A stretch of 64,000 nucleotides of DNA, from positions 50,346,001 through 50,410,000 of the forward strand of contig OZ249436.1 in the NCBI GenBank assembly GCA_965235115.1, written 5' to 3'. The notes under the pieces are model-generated. The model was not told the DNA's origin and did not search any database. It was given only the letters and a program-made list of their open reading frames with translations. Source of the DNA: Laetmonice hystrix (taxonomy: Eukaryota). Positions 12,925-25,490 of the stretch are shown piece after piece (position 1 is the stretch's first letter; each line of letters opens with the position of its first letter). Both the position numbers and the translations under genes were made by a program.

Positions 12925-15900
12925 CCCAACTATGAGTCGGCCTTGTTTTCCAAGATGGCGGACGGCAGCCATTTTAAATTTCATAAAACATGGTCCCTCT
13001 CTAAAAATTGACGTCAGAAATGAGTTCAGCGACCTCAACTTAGTCGAAAAACATGTGTCATACTAATTTCTAAGACAAACGGTTCCCAGGCTATGACTCT
13101 GCCTTGTTTTCCAAGATGGCGGACAGCAGCCATCTGGGATTTTGGCTGTGGGGATCCACCTTGACTTTTAGAAATCTCTCCTCAGGATGCTGCTTGACAT
13201 CTCTGCTTAATAGCTCAGGTGTAATTTGTCAAAAAGTGCCATCATGCCTAATCTGGACCTAATTATGCATGAATGTGACGAAAACCCCCTAAATGTCTTA
13301 TTTTTACATCTTATTTGACCTTGTTGTTGACCTCGGATGAAAAGTTTCAGTCTGAAATAGGTTACCTATATCAAACTTTTATCTACAATATACCATTACG
13401 CATGAGTCTATGCCAAATAAGATGAAATAACAGAGAAAAAAGCAAAATGTGTTAATTTTCCATGAGAATGACTTTGAACTTGACCTTTGACCTTGACCTT
13501 GACCTCTGAATTGAGAAATATTGCCGGAAATGGATTCCTCGGTTTAAACTTGTATGGAAAAGTGTGTTCGTTCATGATTCTAGGCCTCCTGGTTCAAAAG
13601 TTATTTTTCATTAAGTTAATTCAGGCTAATTATGCTAATTAGCTAATTAAAAATTTTCCCCAAAGTTGATTTATTGCCAACAAAGTTCAAAATATTCCTA
13701 GGGCCCATGGGAACACATTTCAATCGTAAAACCTTGTACTTAACAGGATTTCCAGGTCCCTAATAGAAATGGTAAGGGCGGCTACTCGACTACTGAATAT
13801 AATATAGAATGGACATTTTACAATAAAAATATGAAATCAAAGATCAATACTCCGGCAAAACGATGGGGATGCTGGTCATCAGTCAGCAGGGTTCTTGCGT
13901 TGTGGTAATCACTTTTACTAACCTGTTAGATTCTGTATAATTGTGTGTTGATTTCTTTGGCAGCTGAGCAGAAACGTCCATCATCATATTTCCTATTCAG
14001 GGATTCGTCAAAAAGAAATGTTTGTCATGAACAAAGCTTTAATAGACTAATATATGCGGATACATGTACCTTTTAGTAATTTACTGCGAAGGAAATAAAG
14101 CCAGGTTTTAAAGGACCGACATATGGGCGACTTTTATTCTTTTGTATTTGTATGATAAAATGCCCTTGCCCCCTAAATTACTTATATTCATTAAAAAAGA
14201 CAGTGCCGGTTTCTGATATATATTTTCTACTTCACGATAAGCTGTGCGTTTCTTTCATACTTAACCGCAGAGCGATAAATAAAATAAGACCACCCACTAC
14301 CTGCAGCACAATGAGTGGGTTTATAATCTTGATACCTGGCTTTAAAAACTGGGGTAACTGTACAATAACACCGCCCTCCACAGACAAACATTTCTTTTTT
14401 ATGATCTCTTAAAGTTCCTGGCGCCTGCCTAGCTGTAAGGCTCGTGAATCTTTTAGCCTTTGTGTCCGTTGCTGCCACGGTAATCTGGTTTTTCCTTCAT
14501 AAACTGTGTGCTTCCTTCTCAATTACATCGTGGATCGACACCCGCCGAGCTCCGTGCAGCCACCTCGGGGATATCTCGGTCCAGAAGTCAGGCAATGTAG
14601 AACGGAATGAACTCGGACACACAGACCAGCAAACCAGATTTTTTTGTCTACCAAGAGCAAGCGTGATCAGTGCGATTGTTACAGACCTAGTCACAATTCT
14701 AGGTATAACCTTTAGCAATTTAGCAACTACTTCAAGTTTACAACTCTTCCTGGCGTGATCAATCCAAGAAACCGCCCAGACGGCTTGTCATTTTCTTTAA
14801 TTTACTCGTTGTGAAGTTTCGATACTATAACCGTCACCTTTTTAATTCGCGACTACCTATATCTGAGGATATAATCACGACCTTACGAATAAAAACGAAT
14901 AATGCTGCACGCGGGATTTGAGGTGAAATGATAGGCCCATGTTTAGACTTGTATTTTATTCACTTACCTCATAAAGATAAAATAAAAAGTCAAGTCATCC
15001 GTGGAAAAAGCTATGAAAGTTTTGTTTACAATTCAATAAGGATGTTTGTATTCAGGTGCTTTGTACACAAAACTTCATGTGCCCCCCCCCCTCCCCACTC
15101 TTTCTCCTTTCTCTCTCTCTGTTTTACTGACATGTTTGCCTAGACCCAGTGAGCAAGCAGATACTACGCCCTTACCCTCGTATGAATATTGTTTTTTCAC
15201 CTGTGTTTGTAGACTTAAAGTTTTCCCATAGGACCCGGCAGCAAAATCCTATTCAGAAACGGATCTGGCGGTAACAGATGACAGATGCACTCAATGAAAT
15301 GTACGTTTAATAAACACAACAGGGTCTGATCATTCATTTCTATGTCCAGTGGTATACAGTATCATCAACGACATGATAAAACTTGAATGTCCATAATAAC
15401 CAGCTAGCCAAGAATCAGAAGCAAAGGTGTTTTCTCTTAAAGTGTTAACTAATATTGATTTAAAGTCTAATTACGATTGCTGCGTATTCAAATTCAGATA
15501 ATTTGTGGCCATGAGAAACTCAGTGACCATGAGATGGAGGTCTGATGATTGAAGAGATGTAGTCTCTCTGGGACACTGACCCATGGAGAGAGAGAGTCTC
15601 TCAGGCGATCTCTCTCAGCCCATACGGTATGCCATCCATCAGGCTATCGATCGGCTCTCAACGATTGATGAAGCTCATGAATAAAAAAATGAGATGAAGT
15701 GTCCGTACCGGCGACATCTGCAACGTTGGCAGTGACCGAGGCACGAAGACAAATCATGGAATGTTACAACTGGCGGAAACTATGTTAGTTGTCACAGGAG
15801 GCCGGCGGGGTCATGGTGCGGGATCGTTGGGGTCGCAGAAAGCGGTTGTGGAGGGCCTAAGGGGGTGGGGGTAGTGGCCAGTCGGCAAGTGCTGACCGCC

Positions 15901-17308
15901 CGGCCTGACCACGGCCCAGAGCTTGTCGGTTCAAAACGCCCGTGGTGATCTGAGATTATGGCAGCCAAGGAACAGCTTGGAACTGTCCTCGAGGAATGTA
16001 ACTTGGTGGCTTACATCGTACACAAATCACACACGACAAGGGGTGACAGTACCCACCCACCTCCCCACCCCTGCCCCCATGAACCCACTCTCTCACGGCT
16101 GTCATGGGGGCAACTCGACATCATAATCCCCATAAGACGAGGGGCCATAAACTATACAGAGGAAACGAATACTTGGAATGGTTTACGAACGAAAACGAAG
16201 CTGCCGTCTTCCAAACTACACGTAATTAATTTTCCCCACAGCTTTGCCTACCGTATGCTCTGCCTTCTTCTAATCTACCTCCGATAATATTAGATACACC
16301 GACACTGACAATGACATATCTCTCACTATCCTCATTTGACGACAAATAATGACCTTGAAATCAATTACAATGTTTTCAATGGGGTTCAATTGTTCTGGCA
16401 AGACTATTGACCACCAATGACGCAGGTAGCACGGTTAGCATGGGATAGCCTTTGGCAACTGGCCATCTTAGTTAACCCTGGCTAATGTTTCCTGATTGAT
16501 CTGTCCTTCCTCTCTATGAGTCATGTAACCTTTACCCATAAAGGTAGAAGCTCAACACTGTACTATCTACCGTAAGCACATCAAGATAAACGTTGCTCAA
16601 AGTAGTCATGCACAACACTCCGTAACTAGGGTAAATCGGCATAATGGTTTGCCTAAAAAATAATCCCAAAATTAGGAGGCAGATCTGAAGCACCGGTCCC
16701 TCCTGCCTTCCAACATTTCATATCCTCTTCTTCCGTTTGCTTCGGCTTTTTAGAGCTGGTGTGATAAGTCTCTCCCTACACCCAACCGTCCCTCCAACCA
16801 TTCCCGAAATCTGGGATCTGCCAGGGTAAATGGCTGGTACTATATTATCATCTAGACACATATTTAAATTACATATTATAGCCCAATTCGTCTCTGAGGA
16901 TAGTTCCTTCTTTACTCCAGTCAAATATCCGTATGGCAGGGGATGTTTGCACCAGGTCAGAGATATCTTTTTCTCGTAAACGTCGAACAATAAGGCATTG
17001 TATAAACTTTAATGTTTGATCCGCAACTTCAGCTATATGTTATATTGACATTGAAAGGGGAGTCTGAAAACAGGTGAACAGGAATGTCTCCTGAATGTAG
17101 AAAAAAAAGAAGTGTTAGATCTCATATCGCACACCGCACAAGTCGTAAGCAGTAAGCACTACCAAAATCTTATTTTTCAAAAGATACTTGATTAAGATGT
17201 TAAGAAGCCTTTCTCAATAGTAGAGGGAAAGCTACGAAAAGAATGATTTTGTTTGAATGTGGTGGCCAACCCAACCAGAGGTTATTGAGCCTGAAGCTTG
17301 TTCGTTTA

Positions 17309-17883
17309 TACCACTCCAATAAACATTCATCCTGTATATCACATAATGTACCACTCCAATAAACATTCATCCTGTATATCACACACTGTACCACTCCAAT
17401 AAACATTCATCCTGTATATCACACAATGTACCACTCCAATAAACATTCATCCTGTATATCACATAATGTACCACTCCAATAAACATTCATCCTGTATATC
17501 ACATAATATACCATTCCAATAAACATTCATCCCGTAGGCCTATATCACATAATGTACCACTCCAATAAACATTCATCCTGTATATCACATAATGTACCAC
17601 TCCAATAAACATTCATCCTGTATATCACATAATGTACCACTCCAATAAACATTCATCCTGTATATCACATAATGTACCACTCCAATAAACATTCATCCTG
17701 TATATCACACACTGTACCACTCCAATAAACATTCATCCTGTATATCACACAATGTACCACTCCAATAAACATTCATCCTGTATATCACATAATGTACCAC
17801 TCCAATAAACATTCGTCCCGTAGGCCTATATCACATAATGTACCACTCCAATAAACATTCATCCTGTATATCACGCAATGTAC
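17309..17883. repeat. Minisatellite, 40-bp unit, about 14 copies
   Basis: Unit TACCACTCCAATAAACATTCATCCTGTATATCACATAATG. Two units carry a +6-bp GGCCTA insertion. Confidence 0.95.
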
Positions 17884-19060
17884 ATAATAAAGTGGAAGCG
17901 TGATAACAATAATAGCTAGGCTAGCTCCTTCTGTGACAGCCACAAGAATCAATTCTAAACGCAAACATCGGAGATACTATTATAGTCACCGGGAGGAGAC
18001 TGTTTACCACTTGCAGAACAAACAGCAAACCACAAAATGACAGTCAACAGCTCTTCAGTCTTGATGAGTGCCAACAATACAGGTATCTGGGCACGTTTAC
18101 CCAACCAATCATCAACCCGCAATGGTCCCTTACAATGGTTTGCAGTCAACAGAACCCACACACCCCATCCGCCATCGCTCTCCGACGACGACCTACGCCT
18201 TCGATTCTGTGGCAGCGACTCCGCTGAGAGTGGCGCCCCCTATGACGGCGGGCCGGCGTCCCTACCCCCTTGATTATGCCTTGATCCGTCCCCTCACAGT
18301 CACAGCTCATGCCAAGAGGATTACACATAATATGATTGCAGCAACTCTGCCTGCAACAACATACTTATACATTTCTGCAATAAGATCAGCGCTGCTAAAC
18401 ACAACCAAAGGGAGTGAGCTGTCAGAAGTGGAAGACTGCAAGAAAGCTGACCTTCTTGGTCGAGAAGGCGATGTGCCAGCACACAGGGGGCAAAGATTGC
18501 GGGCTGCATACGGCACGAGGGTGACAGAAAGCTAAAGGCGCATCAACCCATTGATTCCTGATCGCACGGGCCCATAGCACCCCAGGCTCTGCTCCAATCA
18601 AAATCTGCAAACCCATCAACTCAATGGACCGTGTTCATGATGTTAGCGGCACGTTTTTTTCGCCCCTCCTTCACAGTGATGGCCTAATTTGATTCTGACT
18701 GATCATTCTGTGAGAGGTTGTGTAATGGAAAGGGCAGAGAAAAGCACTTCGTCGACAGCCTCTTACTAGTCCCTGCACTCTTATAAAAGGTATTTCTTGG
18801 TCCAAAGACTTTAATGATAAAAAATTCTCTAATCATAGATGGAAACGATACGTTTACATTTTTGGTAAACATGAGAGGAGGGAGGTCACGCACTTAGTAA
18901 AAGATGTGATGGGAACCTATAATTCAACTATTCAATGTTTGACATGTTCCAAAAATGGCAGAATTAGAAATCATATAACTTTTCAAATTACAATATACAG
19001 TATCTAGAGTTATGTCAATTTGCCTTGTATAGGCAATAACTCCGCCATACAATGTCAACA

Positions 19061-20243
19061 AACACCGTGTCTCCCACAGACCGTGTTACCAAGCACCATG
19101 TCCAGGACAATAACTCCCACAAACACCGTGTTACCAAGCACCATGTCCAGGACAATAACTCCCACACACCGTGTCACCAAGCACCATGTCCAGGACAATA
19201 ACCCACAAACACCGTGTCACCAAGCACCATGTCCAGGACAATAACCCACAAACACCGTGTTACCAAGCACCATGTCCAGGAATAACCCACAAACACCGTG
19301 TTACCAAGCACCATGTCCAGGACAATAACCCACAAACACCGTGTTACCAAGCACCATGTCCAGGACAATAACTCCCACACACCGTGTTACCAAGCACCAT
19401 GTCCAAGACAATAACCCACAAACACCGTGTCACCAAGCACCATGTCCAGGACAATAACTCCCACACACCGTGTTACCAAGCACCATGTCCAGGACAATAA
19501 CCCACAAACACCGTGTTACCAAGCACCATGTCCAGGACAATAACCCACAAACACCGTGTTACCAAGCACCATGTCCAGGACAATAACCCACAAACACCGT
19601 GTCACCAAGCACCATGTCCAGGACAATAACCCACAAACACCGTGTCACCAAGCACCATGTCCAGGACAATAACCCACAAACACCGTGTTACCAAGCACCA
19701 TGTCCAGGACAATAACCCACAAACACCGCGTTACCAAGCACCATGTCCAGGACACCCACAAACACCGTGTCACCAAGCACCATGTCCAGGACACCCACAA
19801 ACACCGTGTTACCAAGCACCATGTCCAGGACAATAACCCACAAACACCGTCTCAACAAGCACCATGTCCAGGACAATAACCCACAAACACCGTGTTACCA
19901 AGCACCATGTCCAGGACAATAACCCACAAACACCGTGTGACCAAGCACCATGTCCAGGACAATAACCCACAAACATCGTGTCAACAAGCACCATGTCCAG
20001 GACAATAACTCCCACACACCGTGTTACCAAGCACCATGTCCAGGACAGTAACCCACAAACACCGTGTCACCAAGCACCATGTCCAGGACAATAACTCCCA
20101 CACACCGTGTCACCAAGCACCATGTCCAGGACACCCACAAACACCGTGTTACCAAGCACCATGTCCAATAACCAACAAACACCGTGTCACCAAGCACCAT
20201 GTCCAGGACAATAACCCACAAACACCGTGTCAACAAGCACCAT
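19061..20243. repeat. Minisatellite, 43-bp unit, about 27 copies
   Basis: Unit CACCGTGTTACCAAGCACCATGTCCAGGACAATAACCCACAAA with small indel variants. Confidence 0.97.
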
Positions 20244-23200
20244 ATAGGCCTACACAATAATCATCATGTAACAACACACTGACCGCGCCAACAACACCGG
20301 GGAGGGATCGGTAGCATTTTCTCCCTTTAAAACTCCCTGAAATATTTACCTTCTTTAGGGAGACCAGTGCTAATTTAAGCTAATTAAGGAAAGAAGCCTT
20401 TCTATCCATTGTTTAAAAAGAGGAACAATTTTACGGTTACACTTCTGGACGGAGTCCACATAATTACACTCAACCTTTTAATTGCATTCTGGTGACGGCT
20501 AACGAGTCCCTGATCAGTACGCTACCAGACTGATTCCGAGGACATTAAGACTGATGAGGGATTTTTGCCACACGCTGACACTGACAGTGCAAGTACCTGG
20601 CTCAGCGAGTTACGAGTAATCACGTAATGACTAAACCAAGCAAGACTCCTGGAACAAGGCGAGGACCTATGACCGGCGGATGTTGGACAAATTATTCCTC
20701 GCCTGCAAACGCAACATAAATTAGGTTCTAGTCAGTAAGACGTAAATTACCCCACGTGACCTAACGCTACCTGTGCCAACCAATCAGTGGCCTAGGGCTG
20801 TCTACAACACCTGTCTTCTTCAGTAGCCAATCTAATTAACGGGACTGACAACATGGGTCGAACTGAAATACCAAATCAAAGTAAATTTAGATTCTGGTCA
20901 TTATCCTAACGATCATAACGTGATAGAATTTCAATTAGCCATGTCGAAACGGGATTATAAAACCCAGGCTCTTCGCGGAAGAAAGATGAGAAGAATGCAA
21001 TATTGATAACGCAAAAATAAATGTGGCAACTTGTTTCAGATTAAAAACCACTTGAAGTGATTATTTCAGTCTGTTACCGTTTAATGTCATTAACGATTCT
21101 TTCCGTTCGTAATCTTTAAAACTTCGCATGTTTCAAGTCCTTTCAATTTAAACTGCTGGTCGTGGATTTCTGAGAGAAGTCCTCCTTGCCGTGTAGACTG
21201 GAGCATGGGAGCGATGTGACCTAGATCTAGAGCAGGGTCCTCAATATCGGAGTCAGGTAATTTATCCAGAATTTACTCGAGTAATAACTTCACAATTACT
21301 TTCTTTTCTGTGGTTCCACTTGCTGTGTACACCGCAATGACAGAATAACGGAACTAGAACAATCAAGACATATAATGACTGCAAAATATAGCATTTCCGC
21401 TTACCACAGAGAACCGCATTATTGTGATTGGGGAGACTTTACTTAGACTGAAACATATATCACGTAACGAGCTAAAGACAACATGACATTTGGACTTTTA
21501 GGAGGAAACAGGGCGACCGTAGTTGGGAAACAGCGGGGCCGGTGACTTCCCCCTGGTACGAAATCACCGGAAGCGAGCAACGATCGGATCCCAACCGATT
21601 GGTAAACCTGCCAGGGGAAGGACCAGGGTAAAGTGATTCGGTAATGGACAATGAAAACATGCCAATCGATAATGTTTGCAGAAACTGTCCATCCTGTGAT
21701 TGGGAGGAGGCCTATGCTGGTCGCAGCTGGATTAATTTGGCCATATTTGAATTGATCTGATTATATCAAGTTCAATCTGGCCATATCCAGAACGATGTAA
21801 TTCTGACTAGATCTGGTCTGGCACGGGTCAGATAAGGATCGATCGATTCAGGCTGATTTTGATCAGTCTATTCATGTAAATTCTGATACAATCAGTCGAT
21901 GGTCCATCTATCAAGAGGGGGGTAAAATATTGAAGTAAATAAATACATAATACTGGATAGTCTTAAAAACAGAAATAAAAAACTGACGGGTATTAGCTTC
22001 TACCTGAATCTGAACGACGTGCCATCTCATGTAAAGGTAGATTTACCAAAGAGTACATGTATGCCAGTGATACATGCTATATGTCAGATCAATTATTCAT
22101 GTGGAAGTTCAGAGGAACTTTCATCACGAAGCTGTCATCTTTATGTTTGCTCTCCCGTCATCATTCCCCAGTCAGAGATGGGGGGCTTGACCTTATCGGA
22201 TGGCATATTTCATCACGCTTTCTTCATCTGGCCTTTCTTAATCTAGACAGAAAGGATCTGACGCTCAGGCCCTACTATTGCCTCTCCCTTACTACTGTGC
22301 AATCAAGAGCCCACATTCCGGTCGTGGATTGCACATTCCTGATGTCTTATAGGCCTAGAGAATTCTATGTATCTATCCACAAAACAAGAAAATTGGTATT
22401 CCATCATTTTGACATTTGAAAAAATATACTCACAGAGATGTTGATAACAGCGCTCTAAAGTCCCTCGGAGTCTGGCGCTTCACCAACGGGCTGGAAAAAC
22501 TAGATCTATACCTGGCCGCCAAATTCTTATAATGCCGCAAAACATCGAAAACGGCAGATCTAGCCTAACAAACGTGCCTTTATAATTAGGCTAGTACTTT
22601 TTCTTTACTTGGGGAGCTAGATCTGTGCTTCACTACAGCGTCTTCAATTATTTGACCTTACATTATCTTCGGAAGCAAACGTGAATAGCCGATCCACATA
22701 TCAATGAAAAGGTCGTTCTTTCTGCCAAATTGACATCGCGTTAACATGTTCCATGGTGTAACCATTGACCTGCATTCACGACAGGTGGCGTGGTCAGTAG
22801 GCCTAGTTTACGTCCCGCCCGGATTTAAGACAACTACAGATATACAAGTCATTGATGTTCTGTTGATCGCACCAATTCCCCTCAACGTCCCAGGTGGCCT
22901 CAAATCTCTGCCGCCTATATGTGCTTCACTGAATCCCTCAGCAAGGCTCCAGCTTGACGCCTCCTGGGAGATGGAAATTGAATTGGCAGGATCTCGGGAA
23001 CCCATATCATCGTGACTGGGTTTGACATGAGGACGTCCCAGCATGCATCTCCCCAGCGACGGCCACTGAGGGCGCCACTGGGCTGATTGCCGTAGGGAAG
23101 TGATAAATCACAACAAAAGACAACCACCATTGATTTTGGCACCAGTCTCCGGTAAACGATGAAGATATCCTTCGACGATCAAAAACTATGTGAAAAGTCT

Positions 23201-23732
23201 GGATAAGACGGGCAGATGAAGAGGGTGGCTGGGGTACAATACGCTGAGGTCTAGGCCCTATAGATCTAGGCTATACAATCTTGCAAGCACATCCAGCCAA
23301 GACAGCAAAAACATCCAGAAATATACTAGATAGGTCGCATTCCCAAGCCCACCACATTTGCTTATTAGATGTAATCTATAGTCTTGGCTGAAATAATTTC
23401 TTTATCCCCAGCGATATCACATTATACCATCAAACCAGTGTGCAAGTACACCCTCAACCAATTTCACTTTTTAGAATGCTTTGGCCCAGCTTTGGAGGCG
23501 GTCGAATCTGTCAGAGGGGGGAGAGGGATGGGCCGATTACTTTGGTCAAACGGTAGTCGTCCTCTGCGGTTCATCTGTCACATTGTGAAAGCATCAAAAT
23601 GTGTCCAGTTTGCTCTTTAAACTTTACGTTATATCAAAATAATTGTGAATACTCACAATATTTAATTTACCATGAGGTGCTCTTTATTAAACTACAGGAC
23701 AAGATGTCTGGATCCCCTAGAACATTTGTTAA

Positions 23733-24237
23733 AGGGGCATGCTATGGAACACGTTTTGGAGGATTTCCGACAATTATCCAACATGACCGTGTAGGCCTAC
23801 TAGGGATCGAAGTAAATAATCCTACCACAGCATTTTGTCCTCCAACGTGCTTTCGCTGCGTATGTCGGTTCTATACGACCAAACGTATAGATTTCTCCCG
23901 ATAGCATATCTCCTGCCATAATTTGGTAGACAACCTCCCATCAACCCGTGTAATCGCGTACTGCGTCACATCCTGCGTGTGCACTCTCTGCATGTGCTTA
24001 GTCACGTGCTTCACTTAGTTGTAACCAATTCAGCAGTTGCACTCGATCGTCCGGCATCAGAATGCCACCCAAAAAAATATTTTACTAAATCGGCAGAGAA
24101 GCGGCGATTTCTCATGCAAAATGAAACTGATAAGTCTGTCTTTGTTTACCAAGCAATTTTAATGAAGGATCTCTTTATGAAAACAGCAAAAGTTCTTTGA
24201 AATACCGACTTTTCACGTTTCCTCATAAAATGCCCCT
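23733..24237. mobile_element. Older Kolobok-type MITE (TTAA TSD)
   Basis: TTAA-AGGGGCATGCTATGGAACACGT ... ACGTTTCCTCATAAAATGCCCCT-TTAA. Degenerate TIRs. Confidence 0.6.
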
Positions 24238-24537
24238 TTAAAGGGTCCAAGTTGAGCTGGTATAGAACTCACTCTCCTGGATCATTCCTATCTGTCCGAT
24301 GTTTGACAGGGACCGTTTGGTTCGGTCTGACATTATGACATTATCACACACGATCAGTCTAGCAAAATACGTCCTGATCATACTCCTGATCTCAACCCCT
24401 ATCTATACCCCCCCCCCATCACCTTTTGTCTGACAGCCCTGTCTACATTGTCTCCGATGTCTTATCTTTGGTCCCATTTCACATGGAAAACGTCTCACAC
24501 CTCACCCTAGAGTCTAGACTACCTCTGTGTCCGTTAA

Positions 24538-25064
24538 AGGGAGTCGTAAAATTCATTTTTTTCGATTTATGGGAGTCTTAGAAACATATGATTCGCATAC
24601 CTTGGACTCCCAGTAACATCATGTGAGACTGTTATGGCCCAGCGACCAGTATTTAGTAAGGAAAATATGCCAAATCTCTCGCAAGTACGTAGCTCAGAAT
24701 TAGCGAGCGGCCCACAGGATATTTGAGTTGGCCGCGGTCGGGCGATGATCACGCGTGATCACGTGACTTCCGGGTGTGGAAGGGAATCTCCCTCTAGTCT
24801 AGCGTTGACCTAAATACCGCATGTATACCCGGAAGTCACGTGATCACGCGTGATCATCGCCCGACCGCGGCCAACTCAAATATCCTGTGGGCCGCTCGCT
24901 AATTCTGAGCTACGTATTTGCGAGAGATTTGGCATATTTTCCTTACTAAATACTGGTCGCTGGGCCATAACAGTCTCACATGATGTTACTGGGAGTCCAA
25001 GGTATGCGAATCATATGTTTCTAAGACTGTCATAAATCGAAAAAAATGAATTTTACGACTCCCT
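24538..25064. mobile_element. Young palindromic Kolobok-type MITE
   Basis: 238-bp arms (24538-24775, 24827-25064) with about 3 mismatches and a 51-bp spacer. AGGG...CCCT termini. TTAA on both sides (24534-24537, 25065-25068). Confidence 0.9.
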
Positions 25065-25490
25065 TTAACGGCTAACCATTCAGGCCTCTCCTCCAGCCTG
25101 ACATGCTATTCACCCCCCTCCTTCTGCCATAGTACCAGGGACACATCTTACACCCGACAGTGAATAACGTTGTACAGAATGACTTCGTCTTCAGCTTTTT
25201 TATTCTCTCACCACACTGTCTCCACCCTACGCCAAGAAATAGATGTGGTTGTCTTGAACGATCGACAAAGGTGAGAGTTCCTTCAAGTCGCTCCGGTTGT
25301 TCTGTCAACCTCCTGGACCATGGGATAAGATCGCAGACATATGAGCGACTTATGATGATCGCAATCCACCGGAAAACCAGGGAAAAGTTACCCTGTAGCG
25401 TTTCAGTATATCAGACGCAGCCTTTATCACTATATCAAAGTAGCACTAAAAACTGACCACACTCGCCTCACAATATTCCACCAATTCTCT

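Larger units (their letters stand above)
10063..13792. mobile_element. Non-autonomous fold-back DNA transposon, Academ-like, with ~0.87-kb TIRs and captured LINE cargo
   Basis: Termini TAGTCGAG...CTCGACTA with a 3-bp TSD CTG (10060-10062, 13793-13795). 10063-~10928 is the reverse complement of ~12925-13792. TAG...CTA ends with a 3-bp TSD match the Academ superfamily. No transposase seen. Confidence 0.85.

Noticed and set aside
10061..13794. Polinton/Maverick (right end reads AGTAGT on the - strand)
   Set aside because: The left end is TGTAGT, there is no 6-bp TSD and there are no pPolB/integrase ORFs. TAG...CTA with a CTG TSD fits better.
17955..18619. Cluster of overlapping ORFs with a TM-like stretch (YVVAGRVAAIILCVILLA)
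   Set aside because: Immediately followed by a stop, with no recognisable family or consistent splice model.
19020..20260. Repetitive Cys/Pro/His ORFs (QTPCYQAPCPG, HKHRVTKHHVQD)
   Set aside because: The 43-bp unit is not a multiple of 3, stops are frequent, and ORFs appear on both strands. These are translations of a satellite.
20551..20575. Hammerhead ribozyme core (CTGATGA here, also near 33220 and 43727)
   Set aside because: No stem II plus GAAA and flanking helices found by eye.
24567..25035. Twin 61-aa ORFs on opposite strands as duplicated genes
   Set aside because: Artefact of the palindromic MITE.
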